Positions 38,433 to 48,026 of a stretch of 64,000 bases of DNA are shown here, piece after piece. The DNA is from Candidatus Wolframiiraptor gerlachensis. Lineage in GTDB: Archaea > Thermoproteota > Nitrososphaeria_A > Caldarchaeales > Wolframiiraptoraceae. Every line of letters begins with the position of its first letter. Within the stretch, counting starts at the first letter, position 1. Where the stretch lies: the NCBI GenBank assembly GCA_021323375.2, contig JAJPCT020000016.1, forward strand, positions 1-64,000, written 5' to 3'. A program made the position numbers and the translations under genes. A model generated the notes under the pieces. The model saw nothing but the letters and a program-made list of their open reading frames with translations. It was not told the origin of the DNA and ran no database searches.

Positions 38433-39683
38433 CTAGATCCTTAGCTCCGCCATCTTGTCCATGCCTATGTTCTCGCCTATTCGCAGTAGCTCGTTAGCTT
38501 TCGCGATGCGCTCTCCGCCGACTACCCCGGCCTTCAGGAATTTCCCGCCCCAAGCTACGGCGAGCTGGGCTAGATACCCCTCCGGCGGCTCTCCAGACCT
38601 GTGGGAGACGACGGGCACAATTCCATTCTCGTGGGCTATCTTGACAGACTTCATAGCGGTTGTGAGAAGGCCCACCTGATTCGGCTTAATTATCACGGCT
38701 CTAACAGCCTTTAGCTCAGCCGCTCGGCTCAAGATACTCGGATTGGTCACGATCAAGTCGTCGCCGCAGATTAGGGTCTTCCCGCCCACCTGCCTGCAAA
38801 GATCGGCGAACCCCTCCATATCGTCCTCCTCAAGGGGGTCCTCGACATAGAAGAGCTCATATTTGTCAACCCATTCAGCGACCCTACTCATCTGCGCCTC
38901 CCGATCAAGCTCTATGCCCTCGGTTGGATAGACATATTTCCGCTTCTTCGGGTCCCATAGGCTGGATGCCGCGACATCCACGCCCACCCTAATATTAAAG
39001 CCGAGCTCATCGGATATTTCGTCCGCCGCCTGTTTAAGGAGCCGGAGGCCATCCTCGGTCTTTATCGGCGGGGCATATGCACCCTCATCACCCCTACCGA
39101 GCGTGAAGCCCCCCAAGTGCTTGTCGAGGAGCTTCCCAGCCCTCGCATGAACCAGTATATTAGCCCTAACAGCATCCCCCACATTCCTCGCCCCAATCGG
39201 GCTCACGAGCATCTCCTGCCAGTCCGGGGCCCCCCTGCCAGCGTGAGCACCTCCACCAATCACGTTTCCAAGCGGATATGGTAGCCTGAATGAGTCGACG
39301 ATCCGGAGATGCTCGTAGAGGGGCTTTCCAGCAGCATTCGCTGCGGCTATGGCCACCGCGAGCGAGACTGCGAAGGCTGTATTGCCTCCCAGCCTCCGGA
39401 AATCCTCGGTCCCATCGAACTTCTTTAAGGTCTCATCAAGCGCCTCGTGATTGGAGACGTCTAGGCCCCTGAGCTTGGCCGCGAGCTCGCCGTTGACGAT
39501 TCTAACAGCCTCATCAACGCCATCCTCGGGATAATACATCACCTCCTTCCCGCCCTTGCTTTTCCCGGCTGGCGCCGCAGCCCTCCCAAAGGCGCCATCA
39601 ACCCAAGCATCCACCTCAATCGTCTCCTCTCCACGACTATTGTAAACTTTCCTAGCCCTCAGCCTCTCAAGCTTCAGGCCCAT
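38433..39683 (-). CDS. eno: Enolase
   Basis: [29 protein letters not shown] and SHRSGE motifs; ATG at 39683. Confidence 0.93.
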   Translation of the reverse strand: MGLKLERLRARKVYNSRGEETIEVDAWVDGAFGRAAAPAGKSKGGKEVMYYPEDGVDEAVRIVNGELAAKLRGLDVSNHEALDETLKKFDGTEDFRRLGGNTAFAVSLAVAIAAANAAGKPLYEHLRIVDSFRLPYPLGNVIGGGAHAGRGAPDWQEMLVSPIGARNVGDAVRANILVHARAGKLLDKHLGGFTLGRGDEGAYAPPIKTEDGLRLLKQAADEISDELGFNIRVGVDVAASSLWDPKKRKYVYPTEGIELDREAQMSRVAEWVDKYELFYVEDPLEEDDMEGFADLCRQVGGKTLICGDDLIVTNPSILSRAAELKAVRAVIIKPNQVGLLTTAMKSVKIAHENGIVPVVSHRSGEPPEGYLAQLAVAWGGKFLKAGVVGGERIAKANELLRIGENIGMDKMAELRI

Positions 39684-39927
39684 TCTCCTCCACCTCCTCC
39701 TTCCCAGCCCGGGGATAGGGCTTGGAGCCATAGAGCGTATGAAGCTTAACTATCTCGTCAAAATACTCGTAGTGGCTTAGGAACATCCTCCTACAGCAGT
39801 ACCTCTTTATGCCCAGATCATCCAAGACCTTGCCCGGATGCTCACCCTCCTCAACCCTCCTAGCATACTCCTCCCACTTATCAGCGATCAACGCGCCACA
39901 GCTAAAACACCTAATCGGGAACATCAT
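39667..39927 (-). CDS. rpoN: RNA polymerase subunit N (Rpo10)
   Basis: FPIRCFSCG and RYCCRRM motifs. Confidence 0.97.
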   Translation of the reverse strand: MMFPIRCFSCGALIADKWEEYARRVEEGEHPGKVLDDLGIKRYCCRRMFLSHYEYFDEIVKLHTLYGSKPYPRAGKEEVEENGPEA

Positions 39928-40010
39928 TTCCCAAAACCCCGGATCAAGAAGCTCTCTATCATTATTTTAACATACTGTTAGGATCTAAACATTTAAGATA
40001 GAGCCTCTTT

Positions 40011-40730
40011 GTGGCAAAAATGATGCGCGTAGACGTGGCACTAGGCCCGCCCAAAGAACATCCTGAAAACCTTGTCGTCGTTGATATATTCAGGTCAAGC
40101 ACATCCATTGTTACGGCCTTAGAAAATGGAGCAGGCGAGATAATCCCCTGTCACTCGATTGGTAGAGCTAGACTACTCAAGAAGAGGCTGGGCGAGGGAA
40201 CGCTGCTCGTCGGCGAGCGGAGGGGGATAACCCCGAAGAACTTCGACCTCAACATTTCTCCAAGTCTACTCGTCCGAGAGCGCGTGGAGGGTAAGAGGAT
40301 AATATACTGTTCAACTAATCTGATACGCGTTGTCTCCAAGTATATGAATGATGCCAAGCATCTTATCATCGGCGGGCTGGTGAATGCCAGTGCCGTCGCG
40401 AAATATCTGAAAAAGCTCGGCCTCGACAACGTCACCATAGTCGCGTGCGGATATATCCCCGACAATCATGTGTCTTTGGAGGATGTGATAGGGGCTGGCG
40501 CAATAATCTCGAGGCTCGATGATGAGGATCTCTCGGACACTGCGTTCCTCGCCAAGCTGGCCTATGAGAACAAGGATTGGAGGAGGCTTGTATTACAAAG
40601 CCGCACCGCGAAATATCTCCAAAGTATTGGATGGGGGATTGATCTAGAGTTATGTCTAAGAGAGGATATATCAAATATCGTCCCAATTCTATCAGGCGGT
40701 ATCATCAAGGGAGTTAGAGTTGATGAGTAG
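40011..40730 (+). CDS. comB: 2-phosphosulfolactate phosphatase family protein
   Basis: VVDIFRSSTSI, GERRG...FDLNISP, STN and LEDVIGAG motifs. Confidence 0.85.
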   Translation: MAKMMRVDVALGPPKEHPENLVVVDIFRSSTSIVTALENGAGEIIPCHSIGRARLLKKRLGEGTLLVGERRGITPKNFDLNISPSLLVRERVEGKRIIYCSTNLIRVVSKYMNDAKHLIIGGLVNASAVAKYLKKLGLDNVTIVACGYIPDNHVSLEDVIGAGAIISRLDDEDLSDTAFLAKLAYENKDWRRLVLQSRTAKYLQSIGWGIDLELCLREDISNIVPILSGGIIKGVRVDE

Positions 40731-41129
40731 CTACCTGTATGACTTCTGCTTGAATCTTCTAGCAGATCTCCTGTTCGGCTTCTTGGGCTCAGCCTGCCTC
40801 GGATCGCCGGCTAATAGCACCCTGTTATAGCTCCTTATCTCCTCGCGGACCTTCTCATCATGATCCGCTATCGCTCTTGCTAGGGCGAACGCAGCCGCGT
40901 CGGCAATGGCCATGATGCCGCCGCCCTCAACCTTGATATCAAAGTCATGGCTCTTCCAGAACTTTTCATCGAAGTAGAGGGGCGTTAATATCTTCATTCG
41001 GGCGATCTCGTTCCCGAAGTACTCGAGGGGCTGATTGTTTATCAGTATCCTGCCAGTGCCGGGCCTAATTACGAGCCTCGCGACAGCCGTCTTTCTCTTC
41101 CCAACAAATACCCCAAGAGCCTTAGACAT
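40731..41129 (-). CDS. rps9: 30S ribosomal protein S9 (uS9)
   Basis: GKRKTAVA, VEGGG, DPRQAEPKK and QKSYR motifs. Confidence 0.97.
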   Translation of the reverse strand: MSKALGVFVGKRKTAVARLVIRPGTGRILINNQPLEYFGNEIARMKILTPLYFDEKFWKSHDFDIKVEGGGIMAIADAAAFALARAIADHDEKVREEIRSYNRVLLAGDPRQAEPKKPNRRSARRFKQKSYR

Positions 41130-41622
41130 AGGTTAGCCTCCCCCCTGTAAGCTCCTTACTCAGCTCTCCGAGGGTCATATACCTGATCACCCTGCCAGAC
41201 CTACTCATGGGCTCCCGGAGAATTGCGTCCTCTATCACTATCTTCTCAGCGCCTTCAAACTCCTTTGGAACGCCGACATAAATCTTCAGCCTCTTTAAGG
41301 CCTCCTTCCAGCGCTTATTATGCCTTGGAAGCATCCTGTATACCGTGTACCAGAAGATCCTCTCAGGTCTCCTCGGATACCATACCGTGCCGCGCTTCGG
41401 GGAGACGAGGGCCCTCCTAGAGATTAGGAACTTGTATCTCTCGAGTATCGCCTCCTTCTTGCCCGTGATTATCGCCTTCTCCACGTTGACGACCGTCACG
41501 TTCACGCCCTTCAGCAGCATTTTCGCTATCCTAGAGGCCGCCCTACCCAGCCTATGCATCGTCAGATCTACAACCACCTCCCTCGCGCCCTCCTCCAGCA
41601 TCCTCAGCCTCTGAGCCGCCAT
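41122..41622 (-). CDS. rpl13: 50S ribosomal protein L13 (uL13)
   Basis: LGRAASRIAK, VNVEKAIITG, PRRPERIF..TVYRMLP and LKIYVGVP motifs. Confidence 0.95.
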   Translation of the reverse strand: MAAQRLRMLEEGAREVVVDLTMHRLGRAASRIAKMLLKGVNVTVVNVEKAIITGKKEAILERYKFLISRRALVSPKRGTVWYPRRPERIFWYTVYRMLPRHNKRWKEALKRLKIYVGVPKEFEGAEKIVIEDAILREPMSRSGRVIRYMTLGELSKELTGGRLTYV

Positions 41623-41683
41623 GATCTCGAGTCCCAGATCAGCTTGAAGAGACTTAAATATATAGATGCACGCCCCTTGGGGA

Positions 41684-42895
41684 TTAAGCCTCCTTCCCGC
41701 TACTCGGGGACTTCAGCGTGGCTGTCGAGACTATTAGCCCGATCACAGCTAGGATCGCCGTCGTCAGAAATGCCGGGGAGTATGATCCAGTGGTTGCCTG
41801 GATATAGCTCGCTAATGTTGGGCCTATGAGAGCGCCAGCCCCATATCCTGTGAAGACTATTCCATAGTTTGTCCCGAGATACTTTAGGCCGAAGAATGTG
41901 GAGGTGCCAGCGGGCGCGATCGCGAGCCATCCGCCGAAGACGAGCCATAGAAGGGCGAATGAAATTATGTATAGTGGCAGCGTGTAGGCCTGCGTGGCCA
42001 GTAGAGCCGCAGCGAAGATCACGATAAACGATATGAGCGCCGTCTTTCTTACCCCAAGGCGGTCGCAAAGATATCCGAAGAATGGCCTCCCCGCCCCATT
42101 AAAGATCGCGAAGACGCCTGTTGCGGCTGCGGAGAGCTCGGGCGTGAGCCCCACAACCTCTTGACCGTATTTCGCGGCAAGCGATATCGCCGTGAAGCCG
42201 CCGAGTGTCCCGAGAGCATAGGAGAGCCATAGTCCATAGAAGGTCGGCGTTCTAATCATCTGCTTGGGCTCGAGCTCTGCTAGAGCGTGGTTTTTCGCCG
42301 CTTGGGGCGTTGTGCTGAGCGGCGTACAGCCCTCGGGTGGGAAGCTAAGGGGGATCGAGAGGATTATCAGCAACGCTCCGAAGGCTATTCCAAGATATGC
42401 GAACGTGTTCATAAGACCGACCACGTGTATCAAGTAGTTTGCTAGGGGCGCGGTTATCAGCGGGGAGAGGCCGAATCCTAATATCGTTAGCCCAACCGCA
42501 AGGCCCCTCCTCTCGGGAATCCACTTGCTCGAGACGGATATCGGGACACCATATGCTATCCCAACGCCGGCTCCCGCGATAACGCCATAGAAGATCAGCG
42601 TGAATATTAGTGGCTCCGGCAGGCTGGCCACGAGGCTTGTTAGGAGCCATCCAAGACCCACTAACACCCCACCTATCAGCGATGTCCTTCTTGGCCCCAA
42701 GGCCTCCATTAACTTTCCACCGACAGGCATTAGAAGCGCAAATACGAGCAGGAATACCGTGAAGGGTAGACCTGACTCCACTGCGCTCCATCCGAAGAAG
42801 CTCTCCAGCGGCTTCCTAAAAACGCTCCAGCTATAGATCGTCCCAAGCATCAGGTTTATCACGAGGCCTATGGGCGGATATATCCACCGCTTCAC
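41684..42895 (-). CDS. OFA-family (oxalate/formate antiporter-like) MFS transporter
   Basis: GTIYSWSVF, KWIPERRGLAVG, FNGAGRPFFGYLCDRLG and FFGLKYLGTNYG motifs. Confidence 0.88.
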   Translation of the reverse strand: MKRWIYPPIGLVINLMLGTIYSWSVFRKPLESFFGWSAVESGLPFTVFLLVFALLMPVGGKLMEALGPRRTSLIGGVLVGLGWLLTSLVASLPEPLIFTLIFYGVIAGAGVGIAYGVPISVSSKWIPERRGLAVGLTILGFGLSPLITAPLANYLIHVVGLMNTFAYLGIAFGALLIILSIPLSFPPEGCTPLSTTPQAAKNHALAELEPKQMIRTPTFYGLWLSYALGTLGGFTAISLAAKYGQEVVGLTPELSAAATGVFAIFNGAGRPFFGYLCDRLGVRKTALISFIVIFAAALLATQAYTLPLYIISFALLWLVFGGWLAIAPAGTSTFFGLKYLGTNYGIVFTGYGAGALIGPTLASYIQATTGSYSPAFLTTAILAVIGLIVSTATLKSPSSGKEA

Positions 42896-42997
42896 AAGAC
42901 CCCACCAGACGCGTAGAAACCGATAATGCTGCTATTTTGACCCTCCCTTTTTGAGAGTTAACAGAAGTTATAAGGCTGGAAGAATGTGTGGGGAATT

Positions 42998-43360
42998 CTA
43001 GCCTATTATCTTCACACCGCTCCCGGTTGGGTATTTCTCGGCAAACTCCCTCGTCGTGAGGACTATGCAGCCGGATTTCAGGAGCTTTTCATAGGCCTTT
43101 TTCGAGAAGCCGAAAGCCGAGATCGTTATCGGGTGGTCGATGCTACCCGTCCCCAAGACCTTGCCAGGAACATAGACCACGTCGCCACTGCTCGTCAGCC
43201 TATTCAGCTTGTAGAGGTTTACAGCCCTCCTCTGCCTCCTCGACCTCTCAGCCTCCTCGAGTATCCTCCTCCAGAACCTCGTCTTCCTCGCCTCCCTCGG
43301 TATAGCCCTGATTATGCTCATCCTGAGACCCGGCTTAACAACCTTCCTCCGGCTAACCAT
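42998..43360 (-). CDS. rpl18e: 50S ribosomal protein L18e
   Basis: RRAVNLYKLNR, VPGKVLGTG and AFGFSKKA motifs. Confidence 0.95.
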   Translation of the reverse strand: MVSRRKVVKPGLRMSIIRAIPREARKTRFWRRILEEAERSRRQRRAVNLYKLNRLTSSGDVVYVPGKVLGTGSIDHPITISAFGFSKKAYEKLLKSGCIVLTTREFAEKYPTGSGVKIIG

Positions 43361-43394
43361 CGCGGATCAACTCATCATAAAGGTCTCTAAAAAA

Positions 43395-44054
43395 TCATTT
43401 GGTGGACCCCTGCTGGAGGGCTTCTTGGAAGAGCGCCTCGAGTTCCGCCGCCTTCTTTTCTAATGCCTTAGCAGCCTCCACCAGAATCCTCCTAGGCGGC
43501 AGAAATCCTATAGACTCGATGTAGAGTATTCTCTCATCTCCTCCGCCAGCTTCGGGCTCATATAGGGTTGCTATGGCGGCCTGCCACTTGGCGTGCTGCC
43601 TCCCCCTCCCAACCCTGACATAGAGCTCGAGCTCGATCTTCTGGCCCGGGCTGAGCTTTACTATCGGAATCCGGGGGCTTACAGGCTTCACGGTGGTCTC
43701 CTCCTCAGGCACTATGTCGCCGCTGTAAACCGTTATCGGCTCATCTTTGGCCTCAGCCCTAAGGACAAATCTCGCTGCACAACGCTCGCATCCAAGCCTC
43801 TTACCACAGCCACACTCCTCCGGGGGCACATAACGATCTATATCCGAGATAAATGGTATCAGCGAGATCCTATGCACCAGCACATCATTTGGCATACTGG
43901 AGCTATTCTCTATTATCAAAACCTCCTCAATCGCCATGGTTGGAACCTCATTAATCGCCATACGCCTAATAGCATTCGCAACCGCTAGGGGAACCCCCGA
44001 CAACAATATTCTAATGCTCTTATTATCCTCCTCCAAAAGCTTGACCGATATCAT
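43395..44054 (-). CDS. rpoD: RNA polymerase subunit D (Rpo3)
   Basis: ANAIRR...EVPTMAIEEV, HRISLIP, Cys cluster CGC...CERC and HAKWQ; ATG at 44054. Confidence 0.95.
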   Translation of the reverse strand: MISVKLLEEDNKSIRILLSGVPLAVANAIRRMAINEVPTMAIEEVLIIENSSSMPNDVLVHRISLIPFISDIDRYVPPEECGCGKRLGCERCAARFVLRAEAKDEPITVYSGDIVPEEETTVKPVSPRIPIVKLSPGQKIELELYVRVGRGRQHAKWQAAIATLYEPEAGGGDERILYIESIGFLPPRRILVEAAKALEKKAAELEALFQEALQQGSTK

Positions 44055-44112
44055 GAGCCGAGCATCCGGCCTTGAAGGCAGGCTAAAAGCATTTCGCACA
44101 AACACGTAGGAG

Positions 44113-45096
44113 CTATGTTACGTAAAAGCAGGCCACATAATGATCATTTTCAGCCTCCCTTAACTCGGGCTCTTCTCTTCGACAAATCTCCCCTGCGATC
44201 GGGCACCTCGGATGAAATCGACAACCAAGAGGGGGATTAATTGGGTTGGGAACCTCACCCTTTAACTCCACCCTCTTAGGCTCCTTCAATGGTCTTGGAA
44301 CGGGTATCGATGTCAGCAGCGCTTTGGTATAAGGATGGAGCGGGTTTTCAAAGACTAGTTCAGACGGGCCATGCTCAACGATCTTCCCAAGGTACATGAC
44401 CGCTATTCTATCCGCAATATACCTCGCCACTGCAAGGTCATGAGTTATGAATATGTATGTTAAGTTAAACTCCTGCTTAAGCATTAACATGAGGTCTAGA
44501 ATCGAGGCCCGGAGCGAGACATCAATCATCGAGACCGGCTCATCCGCGACGACAAGTTCCGGCTTCAAGACTATTGCACGCGCTATTGCAACCCTCTGCC
44601 TCTGACCCCCGCTAAGCGCTCGTGGATAAACATTATAGAACTTCTCCGGAGGCGTTAAGCCAACCTGCTCCAAAGTCTTCATCACAATGTCCCTAAGCTC
44701 GCTTCCCTGTGCCAATCCATGAATCTTTAATGGATGAGCAACCTGCTCGCCTATAGGCATCCGGGGATTAAGCGAGGCATATGGGTCTTGGAATATTATC
44801 TGCATCTTTCTCCTAAGTCTTCTGAGCTCCTCGCCTCGCAGATCTGTTATATCCATGCCGTTAAAGATAATCCTTCCGGAAGTTGGATCAATAAGCCTGA
44901 CTATTAGGCGGCCGAGGGTGGTTTTTCCACAACCACTCTCCCCAACAAGAGCTAAGGTCTCGCCACGCCAAACAGTTAAGCTTACTCCGTCAACCGCCTT
45001 GACAAACAGCTTCTCCTTAGCTAAAAGCCTCTCTAAGAAGCTCTTCTGAACTGGGAACCACTTACGGATATTTATCAGCCTTAAGATTTCATCCAC
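44113..45096 (-). CDS. Oligopeptide ABC transporter ATP-binding protein (OppF-like)
   Basis: [21 protein letters not shown] and GCRFHPRCP motifs. Confidence 0.95.
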   Translation of the reverse strand: MDEILRLINIRKWFPVQKSFLERLLAKEKLFVKAVDGVSLTVWRGETLALVGESGCGKTTLGRLIVRLIDPTSGRIIFNGMDITDLRGEELRRLRRKMQIIFQDPYASLNPRMPIGEQVAHPLKIHGLAQGSELRDIVMKTLEQVGLTPPEKFYNVYPRALSGGQRQRVAIARAIVLKPELVVADEPVSMIDVSLRASILDLMLMLKQEFNLTYIFITHDLAVARYIADRIAVMYLGKIVEHGPSELVFENPLHPYTKALLTSIPVPRPLKEPKRVELKGEVPNPINPPLGCRFHPRCPIAGEICRREEPELREAENDHYVACFYVT

Positions 45097-46063
45097 CGCT
45101 CTCTAACCCCCCATTATATAAATGGCATCTAACCATTCTACCATCTAACTCCAGTGGTCTCGGAGGAATGCTTTTGCACATATTCATTACCTTGGGACAT
45201 CTAGGCCAGAATCTGCAACCAGCTGGCGGGTTCATCATGTCTGGCGGGCTTCCGGGAATATAAATCAGCTTGGTTCTAGGCTTTTCAACATTAGGTATAG
45301 ACTCTAATAGAAGTTGAGTGTAAGGATGTAGCGGCTCTTGAGACACCTTCTCTGAGGAGCCCACTTCACATAGCTCACCTGCATACATGACAGCTACCCT
45401 ATCACTTCTCTCGATCACCAGCGCTAGGTCATGGGTTATTAGGAGTATCGCCATTTTCATACTCCTTTTCAGATCAGATAATAAGTCCATTATCCTTGAC
45501 TGAACTATTACATCAAGGGCCGTTGTCGGCTCATCAGCAATTAGTAAATCCGGATTAAGCATAGTCGCCATAGCGATCATCACCCTCTGCCTCATCCCGC
45601 CGCTAAGCTGATGTGGATAATCATCAAATCTATCAGGAGCTATGCCAACACGCTCTAAAGCTCTCAACGCGATCTCCTTAGCCTCTTCCTTATTAACGCG
45701 TGTATGCACTATTATAGTCTCAATAAGTTGATCACCTATTTTACGTAAAGGATCCAAGGAAGTTAGAGGGTCTTGGAAAATCATTCCAATGTGTTTTCCA
45801 CGTATGTTCCTGAGCTCTTTTTCAGGAAGTTTTAGCAAGTCCATTTTTCGAAAAATGATTTCACCATCAACTATCCTACCTGGTGGTGGAATGAGACGCA
45901 CTATTGATAAGCCTAAGCTGGATTTACCGGAGCCAGATTCCCCGACTAATCCGAGGAGCTCGCCCCTACTGATTGAGAGAGATACATTATCAACAGCTCT
46001 AATGACACCCTCCCTAGTGAAGTAGTATGCTTTCAGGTTTCTCATCTTAAGGATCTCTTCCAC
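45089..46063 (-). CDS. Oligopeptide ABC transporter ATP-binding protein (OppD-like)
   Basis: GESGSGKS, YPHQLSGGMRQR and ADEPTTALD motifs; GTG start at 46063 after GGAGGTG. Confidence 0.95.
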   Translation of the reverse strand: MEEILKMRNLKAYYFTREGVIRAVDNVSLSISRGELLGLVGESGSGKSSLGLSIVRLIPPPGRIVDGEIIFRKMDLLKLPEKELRNIRGKHIGMIFQDPLTSLDPLRKIGDQLIETIIVHTRVNKEEAKEIALRALERVGIAPDRFDDYPHQLSGGMRQRVMIAMATMLNPDLLIADEPTTALDVIVQSRIMDLLSDLKRSMKMAILLITHDLALVIERSDRVAVMYAGELCEVGSSEKVSQEPLHPYTQLLLESIPNVEKPRTKLIYIPGSPPDMMNPPAGCRFWPRCPKVMNMCKSIPPRPLELDGRMVRCHLYNGGLESGG

Positions 46064-46917
46064 TAAGTCCTCACCTCCATTGCTTGGAAATATTCCGCTA
46101 CACTTTCGCCAATGAAGGTAAATCCTACAGCCAATATCATTATCATTAAGCCCGGGAACGTTATTAGCCACCAATATCCTGATAGCAAGTATGGGTGACC
46201 GGCTTTTAAGTCAAATCCCCAGTCTGGTGTTGGTGCTGGAACGCTTAGTCCGAAGAAGCTTAAAGCTGCCTCGGTTAGAACAACGTCTGCCACGCTAAGG
46301 GTGAAGACTACAGTGATTATTGAAATCACATTTGGGAAAATATATCTCACGAGAATCGTCATATGATTGGCTCCTATAGCCCTAGCTGCCTCAACATATA
46401 GCTGCTCCTTTATGCTTAACGTTTGTCCTCTCACCATCCTAAAATATGTAGGAACATAAACGATTGCAATTGCTATTGCCGTGTTGATGATCCCGGGCCC
46501 TAACGCCGCCGCCATAGCTATCGCTAGAATCAAGCTAGGGAACGCATAGATGGCATCCATAATCATGCTTAGGATCCTATCTAGTAAGCCGCCGACATAC
46601 CCTGAGATTAAGCCGAGTGGAACTCCTATTAGCATCGAGATTGCTGTTGAAAGCAAGACTACTATAATGATCGTTCTAGCACCATATACTATCCTGCTCC
46701 ACATATCCTGTCCTATCTTGTTTGTCCCAAGAGGATGTTCCCAGCATGGCGGCTGGAAGCCCGGACCCACGGTTCTCGTGGGGTCGTAGGGTGTTAAGAG
46801 TGGAGCAAATATTGCGAGAAATACTACGAACGTTACCATGCCCACGCCAACCCATCCTAAGGTACTCAACTTGACTTTGGGGACAAGCTTCATGAGAATT
46901 GGCCGAAAGGTGTACAT
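46063..46917 (-). CDS. Oligopeptide ABC permease (OppC-like)
   Basis: HPLGTNKIGQD, YVEAARAIGA and EAALSFFGL...PDWG motifs. Confidence 0.95.
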   Translation of the reverse strand: MYTFRPILMKLVPKVKLSTLGWVGVGMVTFVVFLAIFAPLLTPYDPTRTVGPGFQPPCWEHPLGTNKIGQDMWSRIVYGARTIIIVVLLSTAISMLIGVPLGLISGYVGGLLDRILSMIMDAIYAFPSLILAIAMAAALGPGIINTAIAIAIVYVPTYFRMVRGQTLSIKEQLYVEAARAIGANHMTILVRYIFPNVISIITVVFTLSVADVVLTEAALSFFGLSVPAPTPDWGFDLKAGHPYLLSGYWWLITFPGLMIMILAVGFTFIGESVAEYFQAMEVRT

Positions 46918-46929
46918 AGCATCACCTCC

Positions 46930-47988
46930 CTAGTATCTTATCCTCGGATCTATGTACGCGTAGAGTATGTCAACTACTAGGTTGATTAGTGAGATTATTA
47001 TTGCGAAGAATACCACCGTGCCTTGGACTGTCGTATAGTCTCTATATTCTATTCTCTCGAAGAGGAATGTCCCCATACCCGGCCAGCTGAATGTGGTTTC
47101 CGTGAGAATCGCCCCCGTCATTAGGAGGGCGAGCTGAAGCCCCATCATGGTCATTATCGGGATGAATGCGTTCCTGAGGACGTGAATCACGAGCCTATGC
47201 TCTGGTATCCCGCGGGCCCTAGCAGCGATAACAAAATCCTGCCTCATTACCTCCTCAACACTGGTCCTGGCAACTCTGCTAAAGATCCCAGAAATGACAA
47301 GCCCTAGGGTTAGAGATGGAAGGATTATATGCCTCAGGGCACTCACAAAGCTATCCCACCTCCCGGTAAGAATGCTGTCTAAGAGGTAGAGCCCTGTGAT
47401 CATGGGAGGCTCAAGCCCCGGATCTATTCTTCCTCCAACCGGGAGAACTTTAAGCCAAACTGCGAATAGTAGCTGGAACATCATGCCTATCCAAGGTATA
47501 AAGAGCGCATATGTGATCGCGCTATAGATCTTGACTGCGGAGTTTGTCTTTCCACCCTTCCAGCCCCCTAGAGTACCCAATGCCACCCCGAGGATTATGC
47601 TGACCAAAAAGCCCGCTATCGCGAGCTCTATTGTTGCTGGAAGATGTTCCATTATTTCGACCAAGACAGGTCTTTTACCCCAGATCAAAGATCTACCGAA
47701 ATCGCCTCTAAAGAGATTTGCAAGATAGTTGAGGTACTGTATTGGGAGGGGTATCGGATTTCCAGACTCATCAACAAGACCCAAAGCTTTTCTAAGCTCC
47801 AGTACTCTCTCCGGAGGAGCCTTCATCCCGACAATCGCAATGACGGGATCACCGGGCATGACGCGCATGATGAAGAAGACTAAAGAGACCAATAGCAGTA
47901 TCGTCGGTATCACCAGCAAAAGCCTAGCAATTACAAAGACCTTGAGCGACGTCACTTCAGCATCACACCACCTTATGCCCTTATGCAA
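46930..47988 (-). CDS. Oligopeptide ABC permease (OppB-like)
   Basis: MPGDP, GDFGRS, LPATIEL, AARARG, ETTFSWPGMG and DPRIRY motifs. Confidence 0.95.
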   Translation of the reverse strand: MHKGIRWCDAEVTSLKVFVIARLLLVIPTILLLVSLVFFIMRVMPGDPVIAIVGMKAPPERVLELRKALGLVDESGNPIPLPIQYLNYLANLFRGDFGRSLIWGKRPVLVEIMEHLPATIELAIAGFLVSIILGVALGTLGGWKGGKTNSAVKIYSAITYALFIPWIGMMFQLLFAVWLKVLPVGGRIDPGLEPPMITGLYLLDSILTGRWDSFVSALRHIILPSLTLGLVISGIFSRVARTSVEEVMRQDFVIAARARGIPEHRLVIHVLRNAFIPIMTMMGLQLALLMTGAILTETTFSWPGMGTFLFERIEYRDYTTVQGTVVFFAIIISLINLVVDILYAYIDPRIRY

Positions 47989-48026
47989 AGAATGAATTTC
48001 GAATGGAAAAATAAAAGTTTGGGGTG

